The notes beneath the pieces were generated by a model that was not told the DNA's origin, did no database searches, and was given only the letters and a program-made list of their open reading frames with translations. Shown here one piece after another: positions 55,593 through 64,000 of a stretch of 64,000 nt of DNA. The translations under genes were made by a program, and so were the position numbers. This stretch comes from Dehalococcoidia bacterium (GTDB lineage Bacteria; Chloroflexota; Dehalococcoidia; Lucifugimonadales; VXLM01): contig OZ251484.1 of NCBI GenBank assembly GCA_965242665.1, positions 1,470,249 to 1,534,248 on the forward strand. Reading direction: 5' to 3'. Position 1 is the first letter of the stretch, and every line of letters begins with the position of its first letter.

Positions 55593-57352
55593 ACCGCCGG
55601 CCGAGACGATGCCCGCGTCCCATAGTTCGCACGGGGCCGATACTGCGGTGGCTCGGAATACGACGCAGGATCGCAGTAACGAAGGTCCGGCGTCCGATAA
55701 TCGAGCGTCAATTCTCCCCCGGCAGACTGCCGGTACAAGATATTCCTCAACCAGTTGACATTGTCCGTATCGGGATAATCGTCCCGGAAGAACGCCCCCC
55801 TGCTTTCCTTGCGCTCCAGAGAGCCAATGAACAGCAGCTCCGCAGAGAGGAACAGGTTGCGCACCTCGAGCGCCCGCGCCCAATCGTATCCATTCCTCGC
55901 CCGAATCTTCCCCGTCTCCTCACGAACCCGCCTGATGCGCGACAACCCCCGCATCAGGCCATCCTCATCCTTGATGACCCATGCGTACCGCCGCGTCGCC
56001 CCCTTCACCTTGCGCTTGACATCACTGGCCTTCACACCCTCGGAGTCGCTCACCGCGTCCGCCGCTTCGTCGAAGATCGCCGCCGCACAAGCCGGATCGA
56101 CCTCAGCCGCGCAGGACTGCTTCGCCGCTTCCGCCGCATACTCCCCAGCTCGCTTCCCAAACACCACCGTTATCATCGACGTATACCCCTCCGGACGCGC
56201 GTGCCCATAGACTCCGCCCGCAACCGCCCCCGCAGCGTACAGACCAGGCACAGTCGTCTCGCACCGTTCGTTGATCGCCACCCCCCCAATGGTCGTATGC
56301 GCGCGCGGCTCCGATGCTACCGGCTTGACCCGAAGGTCGATCCCCCGCTTCTCGGTCTGCTCACGCACCAGGTCCATGAACCACCAAGGCAAGTTGCCCC
56401 TCTCGAACACCCCGCTCATGTCCAACAAGATCTTCTCGCCCTTGAACCCACGCCCTTCCTTGACCTCGTTCCATACCGCATACGTCAACGGCTCCTTGGC
56501 GAAACTCCGCGGGTCGTCGATGCCGTACCGATGCAAGAACTCCTCATGCTCGGAGTTGAGAAACCGAGTCCCAGGAGGAAACCCGATCGACGTCGCCACG
56601 AACTGGGACGCCTCCATGTCGATCAGATCGGCCCCCGCGCGGTAGGCCGCCGCTTGTCCGTCCCCCGTCTCGAATGGAGACACCGTCGTCGGCGCAAATA
56701 TGTGACTGTATGTGCCAGTGGCCAGAATCGTAGATTTTGCCTGCACGAGAACCAGCGCAGACCGGCGGCAGTCCAGAACCGCCGCCCCAACGACACGCCC
56801 CTCGTTCGTCAACAAGTCGATGAGTACAGCGTCGTCCATCACCTCGACGCCCCGCTTCTCGACCTGATCCATCAACGCGTCCATCATCGCAATGCCCGGA
56901 GGAGCCCCATACGAGTGCTTCCTCGAACTGCCCCCAGGCTTCAACGTGAAATTCCTCGCGTGGGTATGCGCCGCCGAGCGGTACAGCGTGATCCCCCCGT
57001 CCTCCCCCCGCTGGAAGTCCACCCCCCAATCGACCAACTCCTCCACCCGCTCCATCGTCTCATCCACCAATATCTTGGACAGCGTCTGATCCCCCAAGAA
57101 TCCCCCAAAGGAAATCAGGTCGCACATCGATGAAGCGTTGGAATCGCCGTTCCGACCGTCGAGACCAACCACCGCGCTCGTCCCCACGTTCAGCGTACAT
57201 CCACTGTCGCCGAACTTCCCCTTGACGACCATCAGCGCATCCACCCCCATATCCCGCGCCCCAATAGCCGCCCGACAGCCAGCGCCCCCTCCCCCAATGA
57301 TGAGAACGTCAGTCGACAAGACCTCGTGCATCGCAACACTGCCCCTATGCAA
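55589..57352 (-). CDS. FAD-dependent oxidoreductase of the succinate dehydrogenase/fumarate reductase flavoprotein / L-aspartate oxidase family
   Basis: VLIIGGGGAGCRAAIGA is a dinucleotide-binding motif. Later motifs (...HTTIGGVAI..., ...YAAGAVAGGVYGHARPEG...) fit this family. The likely real start is MHEVL at 57331. Confidence 0.75.
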   Translation of the reverse strand: MHRGSVAMHEVLSTDVLIIGGGGAGCRAAIGARDMGVDALMVVKGKFGDSGCTLNVGTSAVVGLDGRNGDSNASSMCDLISFGGFLGDQTLSKILVDETMERVEELVDWGVDFQRGEDGGITLYRSAAHTHARNFTLKPGGSSRKHSYGAPPGIAMMDALMDQVEKRGVEVMDDAVLIDLLTNEGRVVGAAVLDCRRSALVLVQAKSTILATGTYSHIFAPTTVSPFETGDGQAAAYRAGADLIDMEASQFVATSIGFPPGTRFLNSEHEEFLHRYGIDDPRSFAKEPLTYAVWNEVKEGRGFKGEKILLDMSGVFERGNLPWWFMDLVREQTEKRGIDLRVKPVASEPRAHTTIGGVAINERCETTVPGLYAAGAVAGGVYGHARPEGYTSMITVVFGKRAGEYAAEAAKQSCAAEVDPACAAAIFDEAADAVSDSEGVKASDVKRKVKGATRRYAWVIKDEDGLMRGLSRIRRVREETGKIRARNGYDWARALEVRNLFLSAELLFIGSLERKESRGAFFRDDYPDTDNVNWLRNILYRQSAGGELTLDYRTPDLRYCDPASYSEPPQYRPRANYGTRASSRPAV

Positions 57353-57387
57353 GAATGACCACCCGAAAATATGCTACACCAACCGAA

Positions 57388-58041
57388 TCAAACGTGGTAG
57401 ACATAGATGGCCGTCGATGTAGAAAACCACGCCCCGCTCAGACGCCGCGTCTCGGACGCCCGCCACGTAGGAACCTCGAACGTGTTCGACAAAACCAAGC
57501 ACCCAGGACGCAGCTCCCGCTCGAACTTCTCCCGCAGCCTCCGCATCGCCGCCGGATGCAAGAACACGACGACCACATCGACATCCCTCAAGTCCGCGTC
57601 GAAGACGTTCCGCCGGTGCAACGCCAAATTCCCCCTCCGAACCAACACCCCCTTCAACCGCGAGTACAACCACGGAATAGGCGACAACTCGTACCCCACG
57701 ACTTCCGAGCCAGAAAACCGCGCGGATATCGGGTACGCCAAAGAACCCCACCCAGACCCCAAATCGACGATCTTCCCCTCCGTCAACTCCGGAATTAACC
57801 CAACGATCGCACGCACCGCACTCGGCGAACTCGGCATCGGCGTAATCCCAAGCCGTATCCCATAGTACACAATGGAAACGGCCGACAAGACCAGCGCCCC
57901 ATTCAATACATATGCCGCCCAATCGGGCATCTCGACCGACATCCTACCCCACCCCAGCAATCCCCAGTTGGTGCATCGACGCAGCCTGCTCGCCGCCAGG
58001 ATCGCGCCGCGCCACGACCAGCAGCAACAACGCAGCCGCAA
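57388..58041 (-). CDS. Small class I SAM-dependent methyltransferase
   Basis: Motif I VDLGSGWGSL and an acidic motif II are present. The start probably lies at the internal M (MSVEMPDW). Confidence 0.55.
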   Translation of the reverse strand: MRLRCCCWSWRGAILAASRLRRCTNWGLLGWGRMSVEMPDWAAYVLNGALVLSAVSIVYYGIRLGITPMPSSPSAVRAIVGLIPELTEGKIVDLGSGWGSLAYPISARFSGSEVVGYELSPIPWLYSRLKGVLVRRGNLALHRRNVFDADLRDVDVVVVFLHPAAMRRLREKFERELRPGCLVLSNTFEVPTWRASETRRLSGAWFSTSTAIYVYHV

Positions 58042-58162
58042 TCAGAGCCAAGAACAACGCCGCACCGATCATCTGTCTCCGATCCATCATGCTACGCCCC
58101 TATACTCTCTCGTTTCCCAACTCTACTCCGTTCGACATTCTTCCTGACCAATACAACTTATA

Positions 58163-60319
58163 TCAGTACACACTCTCCCCCGTAGGAGGCATAAGCGAAG
58201 TTCCCTGAATATGTATAGAATTCACAGAATGCCATACTTCCGATGGAACCCTCCCCGTAAGACCAGAATTGCCGTCGACATATATATTAAGATACTTGCT
58301 GATACCCCCTAACTCCAATGGAATGTTTCCCATAAGATCATTGTTCGAGAGAACCAACCCCCTAAGATTCCGCAGATTCCCCAACTCAGACGGGATCTCA
58401 CCCGCAAGACCGTTATTAGAGAGGTCCAGGGCCCGAAGCTTGGACAGATTCCCCAACTCAGACGGGATCTCACCCGCAAGAGATTGATGAGTAATGAACA
58501 CCATCTCCAGTTCATCGAGTTCCCCTAACTCCGCAGGAAGAATCCCAGTGAGTCTGGGGTATCCCGTAAAATCTTGATAATTCAATCCTCGAACGCGGAG
58601 TGGGAATGAAGTAGATGGATAGGACGGGTGAAAAACAAGGCCTTGCCATTCTGTTATGGGGACATCAAAACTCCAGTTCAGCGCAGCGTCTCCCGCCAAA
58701 ACATCTCGAATACGGAGAAGCGCTTCACAGTCCCGCACCAACCCAGGATTGTCCTGCGGATCAGGAACCACATACCCATCCGAGCACACCTCTACGTTCT
58801 TCCATTCAGACGCCGCCGCCAACTTCTCACTCGGCGTCCTTCTCACTAGAATGCGCTTGTCGGATCCATTTGACGACAACGTGTATAGCACAACTCCAAA
58901 GTCAGGATCGCTAGAGAAGATAGTCTCGAGCATGATCCGAACCGCGACCCGCGAACCATCCGGAGACCACGACACCAACGACGGCCACTCGATCTCCTCA
59001 ATTATCCGCATATCGGATCCATCTATCCCGACCGAGAATATCCCAGCATAGACAGGCGCCCCATCGTCCGACCCCATAGACTCAGGAACCCCGACGAACC
59101 GTATCTCAGAGCCATCTGGAGACCACGCTATGGATGTGGCTACAAGATTCGCTGCAACCCGCTGTTCCCCAGAATCCGTCGACTCAGGAATCGCGCTAAA
59201 CCGTACATCAGAACCATCCGACGTCCACAGCGAAATCCCCTTGAGACCCGCTATCGCCCGTTGATCCGAACCATCAGGCGACGAGACCACGATGTCCGAT
59301 ATGTCTTCGCTCGACCTCGCAAACGCTACCAAACCCCCATCTGGAGACCACACAGGCGACTCCAATACCATATCAATCAGTCGTGTCAAGTTCGATCCGT
59401 CCTCACCAACTGTGTACGCATGTCCACGTGCAAAGAACGCCAACCTCCTCCCATCTGGAGACCACGCAGGCGGACTCAACGCAATATGACGAGGCCCGAT
59501 GTCGTCTCGCAAGCCCGATCCATCAGGAGCAATTATAGACAGCCTGCCACTGCCCACGAACGCTATACGACTCCCATCTGGAGACCACACAGGAAAATGG
59601 TCAACACCAACGTTCTCGGTTAGCCGACGCGGGTCAGTCCCGTCTATCTTCCGCGTGACTATCTCGTAGTTATACCGCTTTCGATCCCATACATGGTGAT
59701 ACCCTGCACCGTAATACCTATACCCAGCAGTGGTGGTATCCACTTCCGGTCCCGTAGGATACTCGCATGAGGCATACACCACCTGTGTCCCGTCCGGTGA
59801 AACGTCCGCGTACGTGCCATGGAGAGAAACATAGCCCGGATTCGCGTCAACTATCATCCGAAGGCGCGTTCCTCCCGCATCCACCAAGTAAATGTTCGAG
59901 CCATCGGTCGGGTCTCCTCTACCAGAGAGTGGATTACCTCGAGGTTGGTCGAGTATGATGTCAGTTCCATCTTGTGTCCATCTGAGAAGGTCAGGGATCA
60001 CATCTCCTATGTCTCCAAAGAAAATATGCCCAGTCCTCGGTCCACAGTTAGGATTCGAACTTACTGCATCAGCAGGAGGAGCAGGAGGAGGAGTTGTAGG
60101 ATATACTGCAGGAGTATAGTTTGGGTTGGGGATATAGCTTTGAGGTGTAGGAGCAGACGTAGGAGTTGGTCTAGGAAGGGAGACTTCAGGCGTAGGAGAT
60201 GGGTCATACGGAAGGGGCGGATCATCACCGCAGGCCAACGTGAGTATCCCTCCACCCAACGCGAGGGTGAACGATATCCAAACCCACTTGCTCAACGTCC
60301 GCAGCAACATCTTTCTCAC
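58163..60319 (-). CDS. Lipoprotein with a TolB-like WD40 β-propeller (WSPDG repeats) and C-terminal plant-type leucine-rich repeats
   Basis: A signal peptide with lipobox (...TLAC) and a PT linker are present. The motif (V/A)WSPDG(S/T)xIAF occurs at least 8 times. The C-terminal LRRs read LxGxIPxELGNLxxLxxLxLSNNxLxGxIP. Confidence 0.75.
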   Translation of the reverse strand: MRKMLLRTLSKWVWISFTLALGGGILTLACGDDPPLPYDPSPTPEVSLPRPTPTSAPTPQSYIPNPNYTPAVYPTTPPPAPPADAVSSNPNCGPRTGHIFFGDIGDVIPDLLRWTQDGTDIILDQPRGNPLSGRGDPTDGSNIYLVDAGGTRLRMIVDANPGYVSLHGTYADVSPDGTQVVYASCEYPTGPEVDTTTAGYRYYGAGYHHVWDRKRYNYEIVTRKIDGTDPRRLTENVGVDHFPVWSPDGSRIAFVGSGRLSIIAPDGSGLRDDIGPRHIALSPPAWSPDGRRLAFFARGHAYTVGEDGSNLTRLIDMVLESPVWSPDGGLVAFARSSEDISDIVVSSPDGSDQRAIAGLKGISLWTSDGSDVRFSAIPESTDSGEQRVAANLVATSIAWSPDGSEIRFVGVPESMGSDDGAPVYAGIFSVGIDGSDMRIIEEIEWPSLVSWSPDGSRVAVRIMLETIFSSDPDFGVVLYTLSSNGSDKRILVRRTPSEKLAAASEWKNVEVCSDGYVVPDPQDNPGLVRDCEALLRIRDVLAGDAALNWSFDVPITEWQGLVFHPSYPSTSFPLRVRGLNYQDFTGYPRLTGILPAELGELDELEMVFITHQSLAGEIPSELGNLSKLRALDLSNNGLAGEIPSELGNLRNLRGLVLSNNDLMGNIPLELGGISKYLNIYVDGNSGLTGRVPSEVWHSVNSIHIQGTSLMPPTGESVY

Positions 60320-60469
60320 CTCCTCGATTTGTCGTCTATCACCACCGCTGCACTCGAGCAGCGCCCCCGTATCGTCTACTGATTTGTCTTCCGTACAACC
60401 CCGGATGGAATGCGCGGCGGCATTTCTGCGCGTGGACGGGCGTCCGCGCCGCCGCGCATTCCCCGCGCG

Positions 60470-62539
60470 CTACCTCTGCGGCTCCGAATCATCCTGCGCT
60501 TCCCGATCCTCGCCCGGATCGGCGGGCCTCCGAGGTTTCGAGGCCGCGCGGCGTCGGGAGGACATCCGTCCAAGCACGACAGCGATTGCGATGCAGCCGC
60601 CCCAGAACGGGCTGAACACGATCAACCAAATGGCCGCAGTCGTCGCCGCACGTACCAGAGCCGATAGCGCGCGGACGGCCTCCTTGCTAGTGCCGGTCAG
60701 ATCGTACCCGCCCACAATCCAACCCTCGCCCTGTATCACTCTGACGGTGACCTCGCTGGACGCCTCGACGAGCCCGCCCTCGCTGTCCCCGGTTACCGTA
60801 AGCTTGGCCGTGTACTGCGACGAATCCTCCCTGATGAGGATGTACGTGTGCTCGACCTCAATCGAGTTGCCCTCGTCGAGCGCGCCCTCCACCGGAGACG
60901 TGCCGTCCCCAAAGTCCCAGCGGTAGCGCATGTTGCCAACCCCGTCCGGACGGTTGAGCGTCCCCCGCAGCCGAACCGCCGACCCAGCCTCGACAGTCAT
61001 CCACTCGCCCGCAGACACGTTTATCACAGGAACCTCGGTAACCGTAACCACGATCTTGTCCGACCCGCGCACGCTCCCAGCTTCTCCCGTCCCCACCATC
61101 TTGATCTGCACGATGTACGGCGACTCCTCCGCGCTCTGATAGGCGTGGCTCGCGACCGCCGTCACCATGCGGCTGGCATCCTCCGTCAAGATAACGCGGG
61201 TGTTCTCCACCAAGTACGAACCGTCCCCAAAGTCCCACGTGTATGTGAACTCGTCGATACCCTCCGGCGGCTCGAAGAACGCGCGAAACCGCATATCCCG
61301 CCCGACCGCGCCAGTCTGGTCATCGCCCGCATCAACACGCATCTGCTCCGTATCGACGACGGTCACCTGCACCGTGTCCCGCCCAAACAGCGGGCTCGAT
61401 TCGGATGCCCCGCTGATCCGCACCTCCACGAAATACGGGGAGTCCCGATGATCCCCAAATACGTGCTGCACAGCCGCGGTCACGCGCGTCCCAGGCTCGG
61501 ACGTCGGCGCGGTGAACGTCGAAGAGACCGGCGCCGAATTGTCCCCGAAGTTCCACTCCACTAGGTACTCGGACGACTCGTCCGTCGTCTGGAAGGTCGC
61601 CTTGAAGCGCACCGTCTGCCCAACGTTCACGGTCAAGTCGGGCCCCGCGTTCACGGAAAGATCGACGCGTTGAAGCTGCAGACGTATCCTCATCAGCGAG
61701 AACGCCGCTGTCTCCTCCAAACGCTTCAGCGTACCAAGCAGCCGCTCGATATCCTCCTGCACATTGAACAACTCCCTCTGTATCTCCAATGCATCGCGCG
61801 CGTTCTGGGCCTGCTCCAAGAGATTGAGCATCGCCGTCTCCGTCGCCCGGTAGTTGTTCAACCGCGCCTGCGCGTCGAAGTACTCGTCCGTTACATCCTT
61901 GCTCGTCGTAACTTCCGACTCAACCGCAGCCGCCAGCATTCTCATCCGCGAAATCGCCTCGTCCAGACGAGCCGCAGGAACCCGCACGGCAATGTCTCCA
62001 ACGAACTCGCTGCCCCGGCTGGATGACACCGTCCAACCCCCCATATTGGCGGCAACGGACGCCACGCCGTCCATGGACGACTGGATGTCCTCGACCACGA
62101 GGCTCATGTCCACCGTCCGCACGACGATGCGCTGCTGCTGGACGAGCGTCGCCTGCTCTCCCCCGTCGGCTGCATCCGACGCGGTATCCCCGGCTTCGCC
62201 CCCAGCCGCCGCGGACTGTGCAGCCGTATCATCGGCTGCGGACTCCTCCGCAACTGCAGCGTCCGACGCGCTCGTGACCATGGGCGCCGGCGTTGCTGCC
62301 GGCGCTGCAAAGGCGGCAGGGGCCGGCGTCGGAGCCACAGACGCGGGCGCGGACATAGCGGCCGGTGCGTCCGCGGCAGCTTCGCCAGATCCGTGGCTCT
62401 CCAAGTAGGAGATGGATTCACCGCTGTCGTCGCTTCCACCGCACGCCAACAACGCCGCGCTCATCAGCGCGACCCCAACGAGCAATACCGCCGTCCATAG
62501 ATTCATGCTAACGTTCTTCATATGTCCATCTCCTCTCAC
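60470..62539 (-). CDS. DUF4349-like domain lipoprotein with three PKD domains and a C-terminal membrane anchor
   Basis: A signal peptide with lipobox (LLAC) and an Ala-rich linker are present. The DUF4349-like region reads ...VVRTVDMSLVVEDIQSSMDGVASVA...YRATETAMLNLLEQAQ.... Three WxFGDG(S/T) PKD motifs and a C-terminal TM helix follow. Confidence 0.65.
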   Translation of the reverse strand: MRGDGHMKNVSMNLWTAVLLVGVALMSAALLACGGSDDSGESISYLESHGSGEAAADAPAAMSAPASVAPTPAPAAFAAPAATPAPMVTSASDAAVAEESAADDTAAQSAAAGGEAGDTASDAADGGEQATLVQQQRIVVRTVDMSLVVEDIQSSMDGVASVAANMGGWTVSSSRGSEFVGDIAVRVPAARLDEAISRMRMLAAAVESEVTTSKDVTDEYFDAQARLNNYRATETAMLNLLEQAQNARDALEIQRELFNVQEDIERLLGTLKRLEETAAFSLMRIRLQLQRVDLSVNAGPDLTVNVGQTVRFKATFQTTDESSEYLVEWNFGDNSAPVSSTFTAPTSEPGTRVTAAVQHVFGDHRDSPYFVEVRISGASESSPLFGRDTVQVTVVDTEQMRVDAGDDQTGAVGRDMRFRAFFEPPEGIDEFTYTWDFGDGSYLVENTRVILTEDASRMVTAVASHAYQSAEESPYIVQIKMVGTGEAGSVRGSDKIVVTVTEVPVINVSAGEWMTVEAGSAVRLRGTLNRPDGVGNMRYRWDFGDGTSPVEGALDEGNSIEVEHTYILIREDSSQYTAKLTVTGDSEGGLVEASSEVTVRVIQGEGWIVGGYDLTGTSKEAVRALSALVRAATTAAIWLIVFSPFWGGCIAIAVVLGRMSSRRRAASKPRRPADPGEDREAQDDSEPQR

Positions 62540-62606
62540 TCTCGCCTCTTGTCTCTAACGATAGCATATATCGCCGCTGGGCCCGCGGGCCCAGCGGCGT
62601 CTGGCG

Positions 62607-64000
62607 CTACCAGCGCGAAAGTCCGGCCGCCATGCCGACGAGCCGCGCAAACTCCGTCACGTCCGGATCGTCTTGCAGCATCCCCCCGACGCGGTCGGCG
62701 TGGTACTGCACATCTCCCATGCTCGTATGCTGCGCCCAGTAGCTCTCGCGAAGCACCTCCGCATACTGTGCGACGGTCGCCGCAAGCTGGAAGCGAGGAG
62801 ACGCATCCTCGAACCGTCCCCGAAGGTCGCGGCGGTTGAAGTTCTCGCTCGCCTCGTGAATCCGCAGCGAGTCCGGATCCTGGTATCGGACGCTCACCTT
62901 TGCGATAGGACCGTCTGCGTATTCGTGCAGGCGCAGCTCGTACAAAGCCGTAACGCTGTGCCCGGCCCCAACCTCTCCAGCGTCCACCCGGTCGTTGCGA
63001 AAGTCACGGTCGGCCACGTCGCGGTTCTCGTACCCAATCAGACGGTAACTCCGAACCACCTCGGGATTGAAGGAAACCTGCACCTTTGCATCCTTGGCGA
63101 TTACCTGCAGAGTGGCGGCCAGGTTGTCCACGAATGAACGCCACGCCTCGGTCAAGTTGTCGATGTAGATGTAGTTGCCGTTGCCGTCGTTCGCCAACTG
63201 CTCCATCAGCACGTCGTTGTAGTTCCCCATGCCGACCCCGACGGTCGACAGCGTCACTCCCTCGTTGACGTAGTAGCGCACCTGCTGCAAGATTGCCTCC
63301 GGCCCGGTTTGCCCCACGTTCGCTACGCCGTCCGACAGCAGCACGACCCGAGTGATCCGCTCCGGATCCAACCACCGATCCGCCATCTCGTACCCAAGCC
63401 GCAATCCCTCCTCGGCGTTGGTAGAACCGCCCGGCTGCAGACCGTCGATGACCTCCAAGATGTAGTCGTCGTGCCGAGCCTCCGTGGGATTCAACACCGA
63501 GTAACCCCGGTCCCCATAAGTGACGATTCCGATGAGGTCGGTAGGGCGAAGCTCGCGCACCAGCAAGCGCAGGGCCCGCTTGACCAATTCGAGTCGGCTC
63601 TCCCTCGACATCGAGCCGGACGTATCGATCACGAAGACCAACGTCGCATCCTTCCGCCGATGGTCCGGAACATCGCGCCCCTGAATGCCCACCCGCGCGA
63701 TCCACGTATCGGACGTGAAGGGCGAACGCGAGCCGTCGATCTGAATACCGAACGCCCCGCTCCGCGGCTGACGGTACCCCTGATCGAAGTAGTTGACGAA
63801 CTCCTCCACGCGCACAGAGTCCGGATCGGGGCGGTTGCCGTCCAACACGAAGCGGCGGGCCACCGAATAGGACGCCGTATCGACATCCATGGCGAACGTC
63901 GAGAGATGGTCGGCGCGCGCGTCGATGAACGGATTCACCCCATAGTTCTGGAAGAACGTCGTGTCGTATGCAGGGGGCGGCGCCGGCACGTACCCAGTGT
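62607..64000 (-). CDS. von Willebrand factor type A (vWA) domain protein, YfbK-like; the 5' end lies beyond the window
   Basis: The vWA MIDAS motif VIDTSGSMS and ...LLSDGVANVG... are present. The frame stays open to the window edge upstream of the GTG at 63989. Confidence 0.7.
   Translation of the reverse strand, partial: TGYVPAPPPAYDTTFFQNYGVNPFIDARADHLSTFAMDVDTASYSVARRFVLDGNRPDPDSVRVEEFVNYFDQGYRQPRSGAFGIQIDGSRSPFTSDTWIARVGIQGRDVPDHRRKDATLVFVIDTSGSMSRESRLELVKRALRLLVRELRPTDLIGIVTYGDRGYSVLNPTEARHDDYILEVIDGLQPGGSTNAEEGLRLGYEMADRWLDPERITRVVLLSDGVANVGQTGPEAILQQVRYYVNEGVTLSTVGVGMGNYNDVLMEQLANDGNGNYIYIDNLTEAWRSFVDNLAATLQVIAKDAKVQVSFNPEVVRSYRLIGYENRDVADRDFRNDRVDAGEVGAGHSVTALYELRLHEYADGPIAKVSVRYQDPDSLRIHEASENFNRRDLRGRFEDASPRFQLAATVAQYAEVLRESYWAQHTSMGDVQYHADRVGGMLQDDPDVTEFARLVGMAAGLSRW

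Overview
This is a high-GC bacterial chromosomal segment; I cannot name the organism. It mixes housekeeping operons with an accessory-looking stretch and an unusually dense short-repeat family.

Housekeeping genes, in order: prs (the 3' end), ccmAB, secA, gatC-gatA, a response regulator-PAS/GAF histidine kinase-response regulator trio, three DapA-family aldolase paralogs with a sugar-phosphate isomerase, apt, yhhQ, lhgO, an aminotransferase and DedA operon, rpsU, and an HtrA-type protease. A five-gene putative ABC exporter operon has two giant FtsX-type permeases and two ATPases.

The most striking feature is a MITE/REP-like repeat family. Its core is the perfect palindrome ATTCCCGC-[GNAG]-GCGGGAAT, preceded by tandem ~22-bp 'GTCATTCCCACNCC...' units. 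It occurs at 13 or more intergenic loci. One copy is inserted in-frame inside the essential gene gatA, in the manner of Rickettsia palindromic elements. Two long composite copies share conserved flanks.

The region 29.3-44.6 kb looks like an accessory or defence-like island. It holds a minus-strand gene cluster with a lower-GC patch: an excisionase-family (HTH_17-type) helix-turn-helix regulator, a PspA/ESCRT-III-like coiled-coil protein, an SPFH-like membrane protein, a small membrane peptide, a Swt1-type HEPN protein and an Smr protein. The SPFH and HEPN proteins share an unrecognised Cys/His-containing C-terminal domain. Next to this cluster are three tandem paralogs, each with a PD-(D/E)xK (HsdR-N-like) nuclease domain and a variable number of a novel ~33-aa repeat, and each behind a near-identical promoter.

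A 21-nt poly-G tract splits a large glycosyltransferase-like membrane protein gene into two frames.

Many long ORFs in the six-frame track are antisense or GC-driven artefacts, and many simply translate the repeat element as FPPSRE, IPAKAGI or SRLRGNDV. I called no tRNA, rRNA or CRISPR.
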